From Lepidodermella squamata (lineage: Eukaryota > Animalia > Gastrotricha), in contig JBLDXI010000024.1 of NCBI GenBank assembly GCA_047495785.1, forward strand, positions 2,728,001 to 2,792,000: a stretch of DNA of 64,000 nucleotides. The letters run 5' to 3'. Numbering within the stretch: position 1 is the first letter of the stretch; each line of letters begins with the position of its first letter. The position numbers and the translations under genes were made by a program. The notes beneath the pieces are model-generated. The model searched no databases. It saw nothing but the letters and a program-made list of their open reading frames with translations, and was not told where the DNA came from. Shown one piece after another: positions 24,316 to 38,319 of this stretch.

Positions 24316-26174
24316 TTATTTTCCCACATTTTCGTAAATTTCGTGAATTTCTGATTTAATTTCGGAATTTTCCAAATTAGCGCAAATCCATTTCGGAAGA
24401 TTTTTCGAGTCAATAGTTGAGCTTTGGCTCGAGGTTAGGAAAACGTAGCTAACACTGCTGGATATTTGATTTTTGTCGGTAAAATTATCTTCAGGAACGC
24501 AAGTAGAGTCACCGCCATAGGTAAAGGAATTTTCAGAATACATGCCATTATCCGGAGTTTTTCTTGCAATAGTATAGGAAATTACTACAAAAAGAATGAT
24601 TATAGGATAGGTGATGAAGAATTCTAGGCCGATGTAGATGAAGAACGAGGCCAGCCAATGTAGGGACATTTCTTTTGACCAATTAATCGATAACGAATGG
24701 GTGACAATAGCGGAGCTAATTATCGTAATTGTTATAGCTGAAAGAAAAATTATAAAATTTCGAAAAAATTTGAAATTCGAAACTTACTTCCCCATATTAC
24801 AATAAGGCAAGCGATTCGATTATTTTTCCTCGGTGATCGATTCAGCCCATTTTTCGGTAAATTTCGATTAATTAATTTGAATATTGAGCTCTGAGTGCGG
24901 GAAATGGCCGCAACTAGGCCGCTGGCAATAAGTGGGTCAAGTAATAAAATATCGATGTCTAGATGTGGCGATGACTCATCATCGTCCGATGTCGAGTGCC
25001 CACTCGTGAGGAGACCCAAAATTAGGGCGGCTAGGAAAAAACTGACACCAACGCAGCCAAATCGTTCGAGTCGACTTTGAAAAGTTGGAAAAGGCTTCTG
25101 GAAAAATATTCAAGACATAATTGAATTATTCTCCAAAATAAAATAATTTCGAAATTTTTATGAACTTTTGAGAAATTTTCTAAACTAAGCATAACGTAAT
25201 ACTTACGAAAAGAATCGATATCCAAGGTAGCAAGTCCAGAATTCGATGTTTGAAATGATTGATGAGTAGGAATCGAACACTTTTCAACTTTTCCCTCTGG
25301 GCTACAACAGCTTGGACGGTAGAATTATCGAACAAAAATGCCTCAATTAGGAAGGGGTATATACAGCCTTTATCGAGGTCCATTATCAAAACCCGATCGA
25401 TGTAGAAAGAAACGAAATCGGATTCGATAGCCGGATCTAAGGTGAGTTCGATTTCGATGGCTTGAAGCTCGCCAATCGAAGTCGAGTTTGATATTAAAAT
25501 ATTTTCCAACCTTCTCGACGGGTGAAAATTCTATATTTTTTTCGATCAAATTCACCGAAATGTTGTTTCGAAGATGAAATTTTACCTTTCTAACACAATC
25601 ATCAAGCGATTTTCCCGGCGTAGATCCTCGGCTTCCTTTAAGCCTTATTTTCACTTTGATGAGGTTTCGATCGCTTTTTGCCACAATTTTCTCGTTTGAA
25701 AGCTTTGTTCGATAGTAGACAGATACGGCGAATTGAAATGCATCCGATTCTTCGTTTTCAAAGGCTGGTAGGAAGCGCCACTAAAATAAAAAAATTCATT
25801 TCAGCCCAAAGGTAATTGAAAACAAATTCAAAGAATTTTCGAACTTTTTCAGTGTCCCTGGCGTCGAAAAAAGCGCCGATTCGCATGCCCATAATGACGA
25901 AAACGAGCAAGCCGCCCAGAAACGTCAACACCAGCGTATTTTCAGTGTGAACGTGCGGCTCGATGAGGCCTTGATCGTCCGGCAATTGCGCTCGCTGCTC
26001 CTTATTGCCGTAAATGAGCATTGTCTCAAAATCAATGGCTAGCCGGTTCGATTTCGCAAAGTATACCGTGCTGTTGAGTACTACCATTTTCTCCTTAGTT
26101 CTCGACTCGTCATCATCAACCGCCATTGCTAATGTAATTGTCGAAATAAAGGTGAGAACCAAAAAATTGTTCAT
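24316..26174 (-). CDS. Truncated polycystin-1-like protein A: signal peptide-short stalk-TM1-PLAT-TM2 to TM5, multi-exon
   Basis: ENTLV-TM1-FDARD, then WRFLPAFEN..F.VSV, PLAT (IRLKGSRG..IGELQAIEI..FYIDRVLI.D..YPF), PWISI..SRLERFGC, and W...WL.S..I..P in TM4/5. These are PKD1-family landmarks. Confidence 0.7.
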
Positions 26175-26542
26175 GGCTTTTAGATTTCCAAAAAAATCAT
26201 AAAAGAGGCTCATAAAAACCAATACCAGGGGCGATTTTTTTCAAAGGAATTCGATACTTGGATTTATATTGCGAATTTATGATAATCGAATAAAAAAGAC
26301 ATTCAAGTAGCACTAATTCCGACCGGACTTCCGCATTTTGTTGTAGTGTACTACGATATTATAGGCAAAAAATATACGCACTGCCTTGGTAATTTTTTTT
26401 TATTTCAATCCTATATAATATTATCGGATTTCAAATATTTTTTATGCGTTCAATAATTGACCTAATTACTGTTATTAATCATAGAGGCCTCAATATAATT
26501 GAAAATCGTTCTACCAAATTTGGCCAGTGTCAAATAATTTTT

Positions 26543-28648
26543 CTAGCAGTAATCATCACAAGGTAGTTCGAGGCCACCACTTATGCTGTTCGAGCCGCTG
26601 ATATTATGCTCATCGCTATCAACAGGCGAATCGAGGCCCATTTCAGGTATCCTGAACAACAGCCGCGGTTGCGAGATGATCGGAATGCGGCTTTTTTGCA
26701 TGTATTTCAGCAGCTCATCCTCGCTCGCGTTGTAATCGTCCGGGTCGTAGGAGCCGTAAGCCATTTGACAGTTCGCGTTCATTCCGTCGTCCGGGCTATG
26801 GCGTGTGAAAGTCAGTATTAGGACTTGAGCTAGGATTAGGATTGGGTAAGTGATCGTAATATCGGCCAACAGGTAGACTAGCATTGATATCATCCAGTAA
26901 ATTGAAATATCGCGAGGCCATTCGATGGATATTAAATGAGCGGTAAAGCCGCATATCAAAACAGCCGACATGATGCCTAAAAATAATTGAAAAAAATTAA
27001 CTAACATTTCTAAAAAATTTAAAAATTTACTGAAGCTTCAACAAAAATTCACCAGCTATACAGGAATTTTGCAAAAATTACTAAAAAATTCAGGAATAAT
27101 TCTGGAATTTTTCAAAAATTTACAAAAATATTCAATAAAAATTCTGGAATTTTTCAAAAATTCAAAAAATCAAATTTACCTGTCCAAATACAACCAAGAA
27201 TGATTTTTCGCAGCTTCATATTGACATCCATTTTTTCGGTCGGAAATTTGCGATTTACGGCCTTGAAAGCGTAACTAAGAAGGCGGTTCAGAATTGCAGC
27301 CATAACGCTGGAAATGCTAGCTCCTTTCGCGAGCCAAATGCCAATTTCTAGCGCAGTGAAATCACTATCGCTCGAGAACGTATGTTCTTCAGTTTCGTCC
27401 ACTTCTTCCGCCTGTTCACCTTCTACAACTAGGACGTTGCAGAACAGTGATAGGATCAAGCTAGCAGCGAATAAGCTCAATCCTAGACAGGCCATTCGCT
27501 CCAATCTCGTCTGATAACTGGGATAAGGTTTCTAAAAATTGGAAAAATCAGAGAAAATCTTGAAAAAATAATAACTGCATTTTACGTGAATTATTGAGAT
27601 CCAAGGATACGAGTCGAGAATTTCGTTTTTCAAATGCCTTCGGAATAGTCCCGATATGGGCTTTAGCTGTTTCCTTAAGGCAAGACCTTTCACCATCTTG
27701 TGACATTCATGTAGCTGGGAATCAACCAAGAAAACCGACCTGCAAAATTAAAGATAAAAAACGAACAAAATCTTTACTCGCGAAACTTACACGCTCTCAT
27801 ATTTATTGTCCCTAATTAGGATGCGATCGATGTAGAGTGACACAAATTCCTGGAGCTGGCCTGATTTCGACACGGCGTGACTTTCATCAATTTTCAACAT
27901 AATTTCAATCGATTCCAAAGTCCCAATAGAATCACTGCAAGTCAGCAAAACATTTTCCAAGCGTCGACTCGGACCGAAATTCTGATAAAATATTTTTAAA
28001 TAAATTTTCAAAAATTCTAAAAAAATTACCTTTCGAACACAATCGTCCAGCAATCGCAGTTCTGTTTGCTTTAAAGTTCCAATGAGTCTGATGAATACTT
28101 TTATCAAATTCCCATCAGCGTCATTTTGCCAGTTTTTAACAACAGATTTGTAGTAAAAAGATACGTTATACCGGTAAGGATCGTCGTCGCAATTTTCCAA
28201 AACCGGCAAAAATTTCCACTGAAATTAATTAAATTGAAAAACGTTACTAAATTCATTTCAAAATTTAAAATTAAAATTTCAAAATTTTTAAAATTCATTA
28301 AAAATTTAAGTGCATTTTTTAAATATTTTTTAATACCTTGAGTTCATCTTCCGAGTCGAAAAATGCCGCAATTCGAGATCCGATGACAATGAATAAAAAC
28401 ATGCCGGATAAAGCTGCTAGTACAATGCTGTTTTCGTTGTGTTCGTGCGGCTCGAAGACCATTGTTTCAGCCGGCAATAAAGCTCGCTGTTCCCGCCTCG
28501 CATAGATCAGCATTGTCTCAAAATCAATCGCCAATCGCTGCGATTTCGCGAAATACATCGAGTTATTCAGCAGAATTGTCTTCTCGCCGTGGCTTTCAGT
28601 TGGACACGAGAAGAAAATCGAGAATATCACCGCGGCTAAAACTGCCAT
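26543..28648 (-). CDS. Truncated polycystin-1-like protein B, tandem paralogue
   Basis: Same order of motifs: YFAKSQRLAIDFETML, ENSIV-TM, WKFLPVLENCDDDPYRYNV, PLAT, PWISII, ERMACL, YWMISM..ITITYP. Confidence 0.7.
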
Positions 28649-29903
28649 TTCACTGTGAAATTTTAGAAAATATGCATTTTTTGTAAATATTTTTTGCGAT
28701 GAGAGGATAAAACAGACAATTTAGCAGCCAAATCTGCACTGGAACTTGCGAGTAATCGCGGCATATTAGGCGAATCGTAGCCGAGTCAATGAGGCGTAAA
28801 ATTCCGGGTATTATTTCACTAGTGAGAAAAAATACTATAATCTGCCCACAATTTTTCAAGGGTTTGGTCTAGATGAGACAATTTAATGGCAATATCGCAG
28901 AGTTTTTACAAGGGCTTTATAGATAAGTGATAGCAAATAAAATCGCTAAATAAATAATGCCATCGCACCGCATTAACCTTTCAGTTCAACATCGATTTTT
29001 TCGGGGGAAAAATATTTTAAGGGGGATTAAAAAATATTGCAGACAAAAAAATTCCTGAAGTAAGGGCCGAACGCCAGAAGTAAACAATGCACTAATGAAA
29101 AATCAGGCGAAACTAATTCGAATTATACTCGCCTGATTTTGCCTCTCGTTGGCTCTGAAAAATGCATCATAGCTCTCTGGTAAGAATATAGATTGTCTCC
29201 GCTTCAATTAATGACGTATAAAAATACTTTCCATCTCGGCATCGCAAATATTTTGATTTTTCATGCTGATCACGGACTCGTCACTGCTTGCCTTTTATGG
29301 AGAGGGCAAAATTATACTTTTTTTGTATCGGGAATTTATTTAAAAAAACTGGGACATAAATAAGACGTCCTAGATCGATCGATAATTTAATAAACTCAAT
29401 TCTAATTTTTTTATTGTAAAAGTACTTTTAGTCGTCCCCTGGCGCCAGTCGATAGTCAATTCCCTCGTGTTGTTGAAAATTTGATAAAAAGTTCGTTTTT
29501 TCATCATTCTTAATTGCATTACAGGATTCAATCTATACTTTTATTGTGCAACTAAGGTTAAAAACCGGAAGAAGAATCTGGGATAAGGGATATGTCAATG
29601 TTGTTCGATGACGAGAAACAGACTTGAAAATAATTAGTTCACAATTATCGTCAGCCATCATCGACTGAGGGACGACACATAGCAAGTATCAAAATGTGGG
29701 CGATATTCGATGAAAAGCACTATATTTGTATTCAGTAACCATAACATAGTATGTCTATCCTATTCAATCAGCCTAATTCAAACCAACGTTTCGATCTTTC
29801 AATTCCTTTAATCTAATGATGAAACCTATATCGGCGGGTTAAAAGTCAGGAAAATTTCAGGCGTAAGGATAAGTCGCGTAAAGCTTGTATATCGTCCTGA
29901 AAG

Positions 29904-32900
29904 ATGAGGACGACGGCTTTATACTACTTAATAGCGGCGTTTATTTCGCTAAATGGCTCATCAGCTCTGATTTCGAAGGTGAAAACTCTTAAAATATTAG
30001 CCCTGGTTACCAAAACTGGCGCCGAGCCAAAAGATGGCACATCATGCTTTGCAGGGATACAGGTAAAAATATTGTCCAAAACTAGGTCAACTCAGCCAAT
30101 ACGCTTTTTAAGGTCGCCGTTGATGAGGCGAACTCAAGACAGGATATTCTAGCTGATTACAGAGTCGAGGTGGTACCGGCTGATGAAGGCTTCAACGCAG
30201 TTTTGGCCCCAAAATCAGTGTTAGATTTCATGTTTGAGTCGAAATTCGATAACTCGACTTTCATCGCGCCTATTGTTCTCGGCAGTCAATTCCAGTGCCA
30301 AACTTCGGCACGAATTATTCGCGAATTCGGAATGTCCCAAATCTCGATCGGATGTAACGGCCGAGCTTTGGTCAATCGGGCAAATTACCCGAATTTATTC
30401 AGAACAATGGCAGTGGCTGATCAGTTCGCAATGATGGGCATTTTAATGGCTAAATCTATTGGGAAATGGCGGCAGTTTGGCATTCTGTCCTACTCAGGCA
30501 ATCCTATAGTAGCCGCGTCGGCGTTTCAGATGTATGAACTGGCGACTAGGGAAGGTATTGAGGTTCGATGGTTTTCAAATGTGCCCGAAATCGATGATAA
30601 TGTGGTTCTATCGATGAAGAACAGCGATGTTCGAATATTTTACAACGCCATGTCAGAAGTCGCGAATGTTGTGAAATTTCTATGCTTGGCTCATAAGCAT
30701 TCACTCACAATCCCAAGGTAAAAAATTCAAATAAGGAGTTGGATAAAATAAACATAAAATTAAGCTTAAACTAAACAAAATATTTTGTAGAGAACCAAAT
30801 TTGGCACCTAATAAAAATAGAATATTAGAATTTTCTAAAACTCCTTATAACAAATTGGGACGGTCCGCAAGAAAAGCAATAAAACCCAATAAAACAATGG
30901 TGCATCGATTCACAATTGAAAAACCATTGTTTGGGGCCTCCTTAAAAAAATCGTACAAATAATTTTATTGCTTATTTTCTTGCGGGCGGTCTGAAATGTA
31001 TAAAGCCGCAATTTGAAAGTGATCATGCGGCGCCCTAATAGTGAAAATTTGTCATTTAAAATTGTAAGCTTAATATCGATAAGTCACTGATAACGCATTT
31101 ATACCTATTGTGTGGACTCATCTCCGCCCCCGCTCCCCCAACTCGATTTCCACTCGACTGCGTCCCCGATTTCCCAATTTTCGATTTCATTCCGAGAAGC
31201 AGTAACTTCTGTAATCGTAAAATAATCGAATTGATCCTCTGTAAAATTGACATTTTTCATGCCAAAATCTGACTTAACCTAAATATCGATTAATTAGGCT
31301 CGGGGTTCTGATCATAATTCCGCTTAGATTGTAAAATTAACGAGTGAAATTCATAATTTCGGATAGAGCCAATATATAGGCCCATTTAGCTTTCAATTTA
31401 ATTTGCACATATACTTTTTGTTGTGTGTGTATCACCATTCACCATCATTAAATTTTCTCCAATTTTGCAGGTATCTCCACATCATCAATCGAGCGACCCA
31501 TGTTGACCCGGAAACACAACAGCTGAATCTACCTTTTGGCTGTACTAAAGAAATGATTCGCGAGATGCAAATGTCTATAATTTGGGTTGGCTTCTTTTCG
31601 CCCATCGAAAACTACGGCGCGTCAACTTTCGGCTACGACATGACCGAATTCGATAGACGATTTCTGAATCTTACTAATGGGAAAATTCCTCCGGATTTCG
31701 AACTTCGATATTTCTGCCACGATATGGCTATGCAGGCTCTTCTAGCTATGAACAACACTGAACGCGAAATTCGAGCGCAAAACTTGACCTTGAGTGATTT
31801 TACCGATAATCGAAAATCGATCGGTCACGTGATCACGCAATCGATCGCAGAATCGAATTTCACCGGTCTCCGGCTGGGGAGATTCACCTATTCCAAACGA
31901 TTGGAAATGGATTCGGAGCCAATGTATGCCCTTCAATGGACCCCTGAAGCCGGTCTAAGGCCATTCGCTGCCTTCACCTGGACAGGCCAAAGTGAAGCTG
32001 AACTGTTCAATTCCAGCTTTCATAGGATGACAATCATTCGGCCAGCTATTTGGTATTCGAGGGTCGGCAACAACCCGCCGAAAGATCTGTCGGATCTACT
32101 TCAAATTGAAGCGAAATTTCCGAAATTCCTTTTTCCAATTATCACAAGTCTTTCTGGTTTATTATCGATTGTGCAGTTCACGCTTGCTCTTTACAAGATC
32201 AGTCTCAGAGAAACGAAGATTGACTTGATATTTGACCTGATATTTGCCATGGGCAGCATTATGTTCAATGGCTCATCAGTTTTATGGATCCACCCGGATT
32301 TCGGAGGTCCAAGCAGCATTTTATGCACACTTCGCCAATTTTGGTTCGTAATAGGGGTCACAAGCTTCAATTCAGTCCTAATAAGTAAATCTTACCTCCA
32401 GTTTTGTATCTACAAAAACTTAAGGCGGATCTCGAAAACGCGCGAGAGACGGCGCAGGAGATTGACTAGAAATTCCTCGAATTATATGGCACCTCCATTT
32501 TTCGTTATACGGAAAGCTCTTTTAGTCACCCTAGGCCTTATATTAGGTCACGTGGGGATTTGGACGATTTTTCGCTTGATTGACCCAGTTACCGTGGATA
32601 AGTCCAGGTCAGCCGTTCTCTACGACGAAGCTCTGGATAATTACTACCAAGTTACAACTGAATTTTGCCGATCCAACCAGTTGTCATGGCTCGCAATCTT
32701 GGCTCTCGGCCAAGTGTTGCTGCTTTTCACAGCGTCTTGCTTCTGCCTGCAAACTCGGCACGCCAGGTTTCGGCGCAAAAATCGGCTGATTTCAGCCAAA
32801 TGGCGGGCTGTTCATCTAGCGACCTGGAACTCGACGCCGTGCTTATTGCTAACAGCTTTTGTCATTTTCGTCATGCCGTTGAGGCTGTTGGTCGCTCGCG

Positions 32901-32983
32901 GTGTTGTACTTGCGTTATCACAACTTATTTACTCGTTAGCTTCATCAATTTTGTATAATTCTTGGAAATTCACCAAGATATGA
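29904..32983 (+). CDS. Class C GPCR, GABA-B-like (Venus flytrap + 7TM), copy 1. Exons 29904-30062, 30113-30717, 31471-32983
   Basis: Signal peptide, VFT (AVDEAN, QISIG, R.NYPNLFRT), seven hydrophobic helices with C..R.FW..G..SK in TM3, DP, EFC.S and WL.IL..LLL..QTR. No cysteine-rich domain. Confidence 0.85.
30858..30991. repeat. Short imperfect inverted-repeat element in GPCR copy 1 intron 2
   Basis: gacggtccgcaagaaaagcaataaaa / ttttattgcttattttcttgcgggcggtc. Confidence 0.5.
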
Positions 32984-33394
32984 TCGATTATTAAGTTGAG
33001 CTTGGAAGAAAATCTGAACAGGATAACAGTTTACCTGAGAAGAAACCGGACATGGGCCAAGGTCTAATTAGTGGTGTCTTTCAATAGGTCGGGGAAAAAT
33101 AAAGCGAATATTTATCCGCAGACTGTTTTGTTTTTGACAAATATTGGATTGAACAAGGGCGGGCCTCTTTGTCTTGACTAATGAACCCAGACATGTAAGC
33201 GCTCAATCCAAGACGTGACAAAAATTGAGCACGTCAACTTAATTGCCTCAAACTTTGAACGACACGCGTTTGCTGCAACCTGCGTTTTATGCTTACGGAC
33301 GCCGACATTCTAAGGCTAGCCTCATCGCTTCGCATACCATCATCATTGCGCTACCGAAGGAAAATTCAAATCATTATCTTTGCGTGAATAAGTA

Positions 33395-34494
33395 CAGTGC
33401 TCCCTCGATATAAGCAACCCCGATAAGAGCAATCCCTCGCTACTAGCAACTTTTTTTGGATCCCGTTGATTTTATTTGTTAAAAAATTATTTTTCGACAA
33501 ATTAAAATTGTTTACATGATAATTTTTAATTTACATGAAGAATTTGTTTACGTTAGCAACAGAATTGTAACTCTGCTCCTGGCGTTTTCGATTTTTCAGT
33601 TGGACGGCGGCGCCTCGTGATCTCTTGATCTCCATCTTTACAGATCGATGTTTTTTATCTCAGCACTGGCTTCAATTTTGAGATCGTGCGCGCGCGTTTG
33701 CTCTCTCGTATTTTTTCATTCACAAACACTACTACTAGCCATTGATGAGATTTTTTAAAGAATGATAGTGATTACGCTACGGGTCAGAAAAAATGATTTA
33801 AAAAGCGATAAAAAGCAAACCGCAGATTATCTACTGTTTGACCGAAGTGTTGAGAACAGATAAAGGTGGCATTCAAGCATGTTGTATTCTATCAAAGCAC
33901 ATCACGAGGAATTGCCGTGAATCTGTTTTAATTCAATAGAATTCTGAAAAAATAAAGTTAGGATGCAGCTTCGACTCAAGATTCAAGCAAACTTCCAACA
34001 AGATTTCCAAGCAAGGTTCGCCCCGAGTCCTTCAGTTTTGGTCACGGATTTATGAGAAAAGATGCGTTTCAACCTTGCATAGGTTTTAGGCATCACAGGC
34101 TCCTAGCCGAATTTTACCTAACATTGTTCGCTTATCCGCTAGTGTATCCATGGTTTGTATTCGAACCAAATGGAATTGCTACATTTAATTCTAATGAAGG
34201 CTTTCAAGCTTTGCTAACCTTCCAATTTCCAAATGTGGATCAATTAATCATATCAAATTGGATCATACTTTGCATATCAAATACTATCTACCACATCGAA
34301 AATCATTACATGAACACCAGATTATCTTGGATATGGCTAACCAGTAAAATCAACGTCGCCCTGGCAACTGAGAAAAAAACCTGGCGACGCATTTATGATT
34401 CATCGCTAGCTCTTTAACAGCCCTCTATAAGAGCAACCCTCGATAAGAGCAATCGCGTGGATCCCGCCCCCTTGCTTATATCGAGGGAGCACTG
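33395..34494. mobile_element. Non-autonomous Tc1/mariner-pogo (Tigger-like) DNA transposon, 1100 bp
   Basis: Perfect 23-bp TIR cagtgctccctcgatataagcaa, TA flanking both ends, subterminal cgataagagcaa repeats, no intact transposase ORF. Confidence 0.9.
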
Positions 34495-35254
34495 TAATTG
34501 TGGAAGTTCATTTGCATATTCATCGTGCGCGCGGAAAAAAGTGTCATGTCCGCAAAACGACTTCGAGATAATTCTGACTTTGAAAATTGCTCCATATTGG
34601 AATTAGGTACCAGTAAACGTTGTCTTTGTTGCTCTTTCGAGTGGCGCTATCCGTTTCTGCGTAGCATTTTTAGTTTTTGCGCTACAGTAAAAAATAGGCA
34701 TAGCACACTTTTTGCGAGAAGACATGGTTTGCGGGCGGCTCCGGTTCGATTCCCCGAGGCCACCTTATTTTCGCTGCTCGTATTTATATTTTTTATTTTT
34801 TATTTTTTATTTTCTCATTTTGGAGATTGGTTAGCCGATTTGCATAGTTTTAGCTTTTAGCTCATTTGTTAAGTTCCAAGTCTGTTCACGAATAAAGGGT
34901 CATTGCAAAATATGGTCGCCGATAATAATGCGTTTATTTCTTTATATGGACTTCGTTCGATAAAACAACGTCCCCAGTAGAAATAGCCCTTTTCATACCT
35001 GAGGAATTATGGAACCGGGATTTCAGCTAATTATTGTAGATGAGTAGATTGCGAATCCGTCGAAAGTCACTTTCGGCTGCTTAAGTAGCACTTTTTCCGC
35101 CCGCACGACGGTCCGATTTCAAGCTGATGACAGTTGATGCAGCTTTCGTCACTGTTTTCATCTAATTAGGTAAAGCGACTCAGTTTGCCGCCGTCGCGAG
35201 TTTCAGAGAGACATTAATTCATGAATGTGTATCTTTGAGATTGCATTTAAAAAA

Positions 35255-37722
35255 ATGAGTACGGGCTATTTCACCCTCGCGTTTTTTGTGATTATACATG
35301 CTATTGACGGCTCGAAACAGCTTAGCAAAGCGAAGACTATCAAAATGTTAGCCCTGGTAACAAAAACTGGCGCCGATCCTAAAGATGGTACGTCATGCAT
35401 TGCGGGAATACAGGTAAAACAATATTGTCCAAAACTAGGTCAACCGAACCGATATATTTTTGAAGGTTGCTATTGATGAGGCGAACTCTAGGCAGGAATT
35501 TCTAGCCGATTATAGAGTCGAAGTGGTGCCGGCTGATGAAGGCTTCAACGCAGCTTTGGCCCCGAAATCAGTCGTCGATTTTATTTTCGAGCCGAAATTC
35601 GATAACACGAGTTTCATCGCGCCTATTGTACTCGGCAGTCAATACCAGTGCCAAACTTCGGCACGAATTATCCGCGAATTCGGAATGTCCCAAATCTCGA
35701 TCGGGTGTAACGGCCGAGCTTTGGTCAACCGGGCAAATTACCCGAATTTATTTCGAACAGGCGCCGTTGCTGACCAAGTCGCAATGACGGGCGTTATGAT
35801 CGCTAAATTCATCGGAAATTGGCGGCAATTGGGCATTTTATCGTATTCTGGCAATCCTATTGCATCAGCTTCGGCATTCCAGTTGTACGAAACAGCGGCT
35901 AAGGAGGGCATCGCGGTTCGATGGTTCTCATACGCGCCCGAAATCGATGAACCATTGATTTTATCAATGAAGCAAAGCGATGCTCGCATTTTTATCATCG
36001 CTGTATCAGAAGTTCACAAAGTGGTTGAATTTCTATGCTTGGCTCATAAATTTTCGCTATCTCTACCCAGGTAAGAGGTGAAAACAGAAAAAATTTAAGA
36101 ATTCAAAATAAAAAACTCCTCCTTAAAGATTTTTTGAATTATTTTTCGCCCGCTGAATTTTGAAATTTTTAAGCTTAATTTCAAAATATTTGTGTAGGTA
36201 CCTTCATCTCATCCCTCGTGTAGCCTATGTTGATCCTGATACCCAGAAGCTTAACCTACCGCATGGCTGCAATCGTGTCATCTTACGAGAAATTCAAAAA
36301 TCGGTTATTTGGGGCGGCCCTTTTTCACCAGTTGAAAACTACGGCGCGTCAACTTTTGGCTACGACATGACCGAATTCGATAGGCGATTCCTTGATCAAA
36401 CTGGCGGAGAAATTCCTGCCGATTACGAACTTCGCTATGCCTGCCACGATATGGCTATGCAGGCTCTTCTAGCTATGGATAAAACTGAAGGCGAAATTCG
36501 AGCGCGAAACTTGACCTTGAGTGATTTTGCCGATAATCGAAAATCGATCGGTGGCGTGATCACGCAATCGATCGCGGGGTCGAATTTTAAATCTCTTCGA
36601 TTTGGCGATTTCTCATATTCTAGGCGATTACTAGAAATGGATTCAGAACCAATGTATGCCCTTCAATGGACGCCAGAGGATGGATTAAGGCCTTTTGCTG
36701 CCTTCACCTGGAAAGGCACAAATGAAGCTGACCTGTTCAATTCCACCCTTTACAACGTGACGATCATCAGACCACCCAAATGGTATTCCACTGTCGGCAA
36801 CCGCCCGCCGAAAGATCTATCAAATCTGCTTCAGATTCAAGTCGAATTTCCGACAATCACCTTTCCGGCAATAACCGCTCTAGCTGTGGCAATTTCGATT
36901 CTGCATGTAACACTTACGTTGCGCGGGGTCAAATTAGGGAGATCTAAGACTGACTTGGCCTTCGATGGAATTCTAACGATCGGCAGCATCTTGTTCAATG
37001 TTTCATCAGTTTTGTGGACCGATCCATTTTACAACGGTCCAAATGCCTTGGCCTGCACTATTCGCCAATTGTTAATTGTAACAGGCGTTACAGGTGTGAA
37101 CGCAGTTTTGATCAGCAAGTCCTATCTGCAACTTCAAAGTTACAATAAATTAAGCCCGAAATCGCGCCAGCGAGCTGGTAAAAAATCTCCAAAATTCTTG
37201 GCCCCATCTGATTCGGTGATGAGGAAAGCTCTCTTAGCCACGCTGAGCCTGATAATCGGCCACGTGGTGATTTGGGCGATTTTCCGCATGGTTGATCCGT
37301 TGACATTGGAAGTTTCAAGTTCACCGGTGATCTTCGACGAAGCTCTTGATAATTACTACAAATTAACGACAACAATTTGCCGATCAAATCATCAGCTAGC
37401 GTGGTTAGCAATTTTGGCTCTGGGCCAAGTTACTTTGCTATTCGCAGCGTCCTGCTTCGGGTTCAGGAGTCGGAATTATTCTAAAATTCGATTGCGTTGC
37501 GATAGAAATAACCTGATTTCAGCCGAATGGCGGGCAGTTCGATTAGCGACCTGGAACTCAACGGCTTGCTTTTTGCTGACGGCTTTTGTCATTTTCGTAA
37601 TGCCTCAAAGGCTACTTGTGGCTCGGCGTATTGTCATCGCGCTAGTGCAACTTATCTACTCTGTAACCTCGTCAATGTTGTACAATTCGTGGACATTTTT
37701 GGACATTTTTTCTTCTAAATAA
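35255..37722 (+). CDS. Class C GPCR, GABA-B-like, copy 2. Exons 35255-35413, 35466-36070, 36198-37722
   Basis: Paralogue of 29904-32983 with identical intron positions. Confidence 0.85.
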
Positions 37723-38319
37723 GTTTGGAAATAGAAAGTGTACAGGTACTGTATTTTCATTCTTGATTTTCTCGCAGCAGTGTAGGTGGTATGACCTTTC
37801 ACAAATGAAAGCCGTTCGCCAAAAATTTCATATCATATCTTGATGCTCCGCGTCATTATTAACATCAATGATATCAAATATCTAAACGAGACTATTATCC
37901 ATCATTATTAGGGTATTAGGGCTCATCGGCGAAAAATGTTAATTTGAAAAAATGTGTACTATAAAACATTGATTTCACAATTTCTGAGGTAATTTGAGGT
38001 AAAGAAATCTCGTTGAAAAGTTCGTAGAATGATGCTATTGCCTCCGAGTGAATGCCAGGACTTAAGTTCAGCAAGGATAGGATAGAAATTCGTGAAAAAA
38101 ATCAGAAAAAAGTCCACAAGTTACGCAAGACAATTCATCCACATTTCTGCAGTGTTCCATTCCAGGATACATAGATTCTCACCTAGCGAGAATAGTGAGT
38201 ATCCTATGAGCATACTGCCAAGCTGCTTCAACAAAAAACCAATAGGCGATCGATTGCCATCGACCACATTTTTGTCACAATGACAAAATATTCAGGGCTA
38301 TTCGTTCTCTATCCTTCTT

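Noticed and set aside
34052-34417. 121-aa ORF inside the pogo-like element
   Set aside because: No convincing HTH or DDD transposase motifs
34743-34756. GGTTCGATTCC B-box-like motif suggesting a tRNA or SINE
   Set aside because: No A-box or cloverleaf could be built
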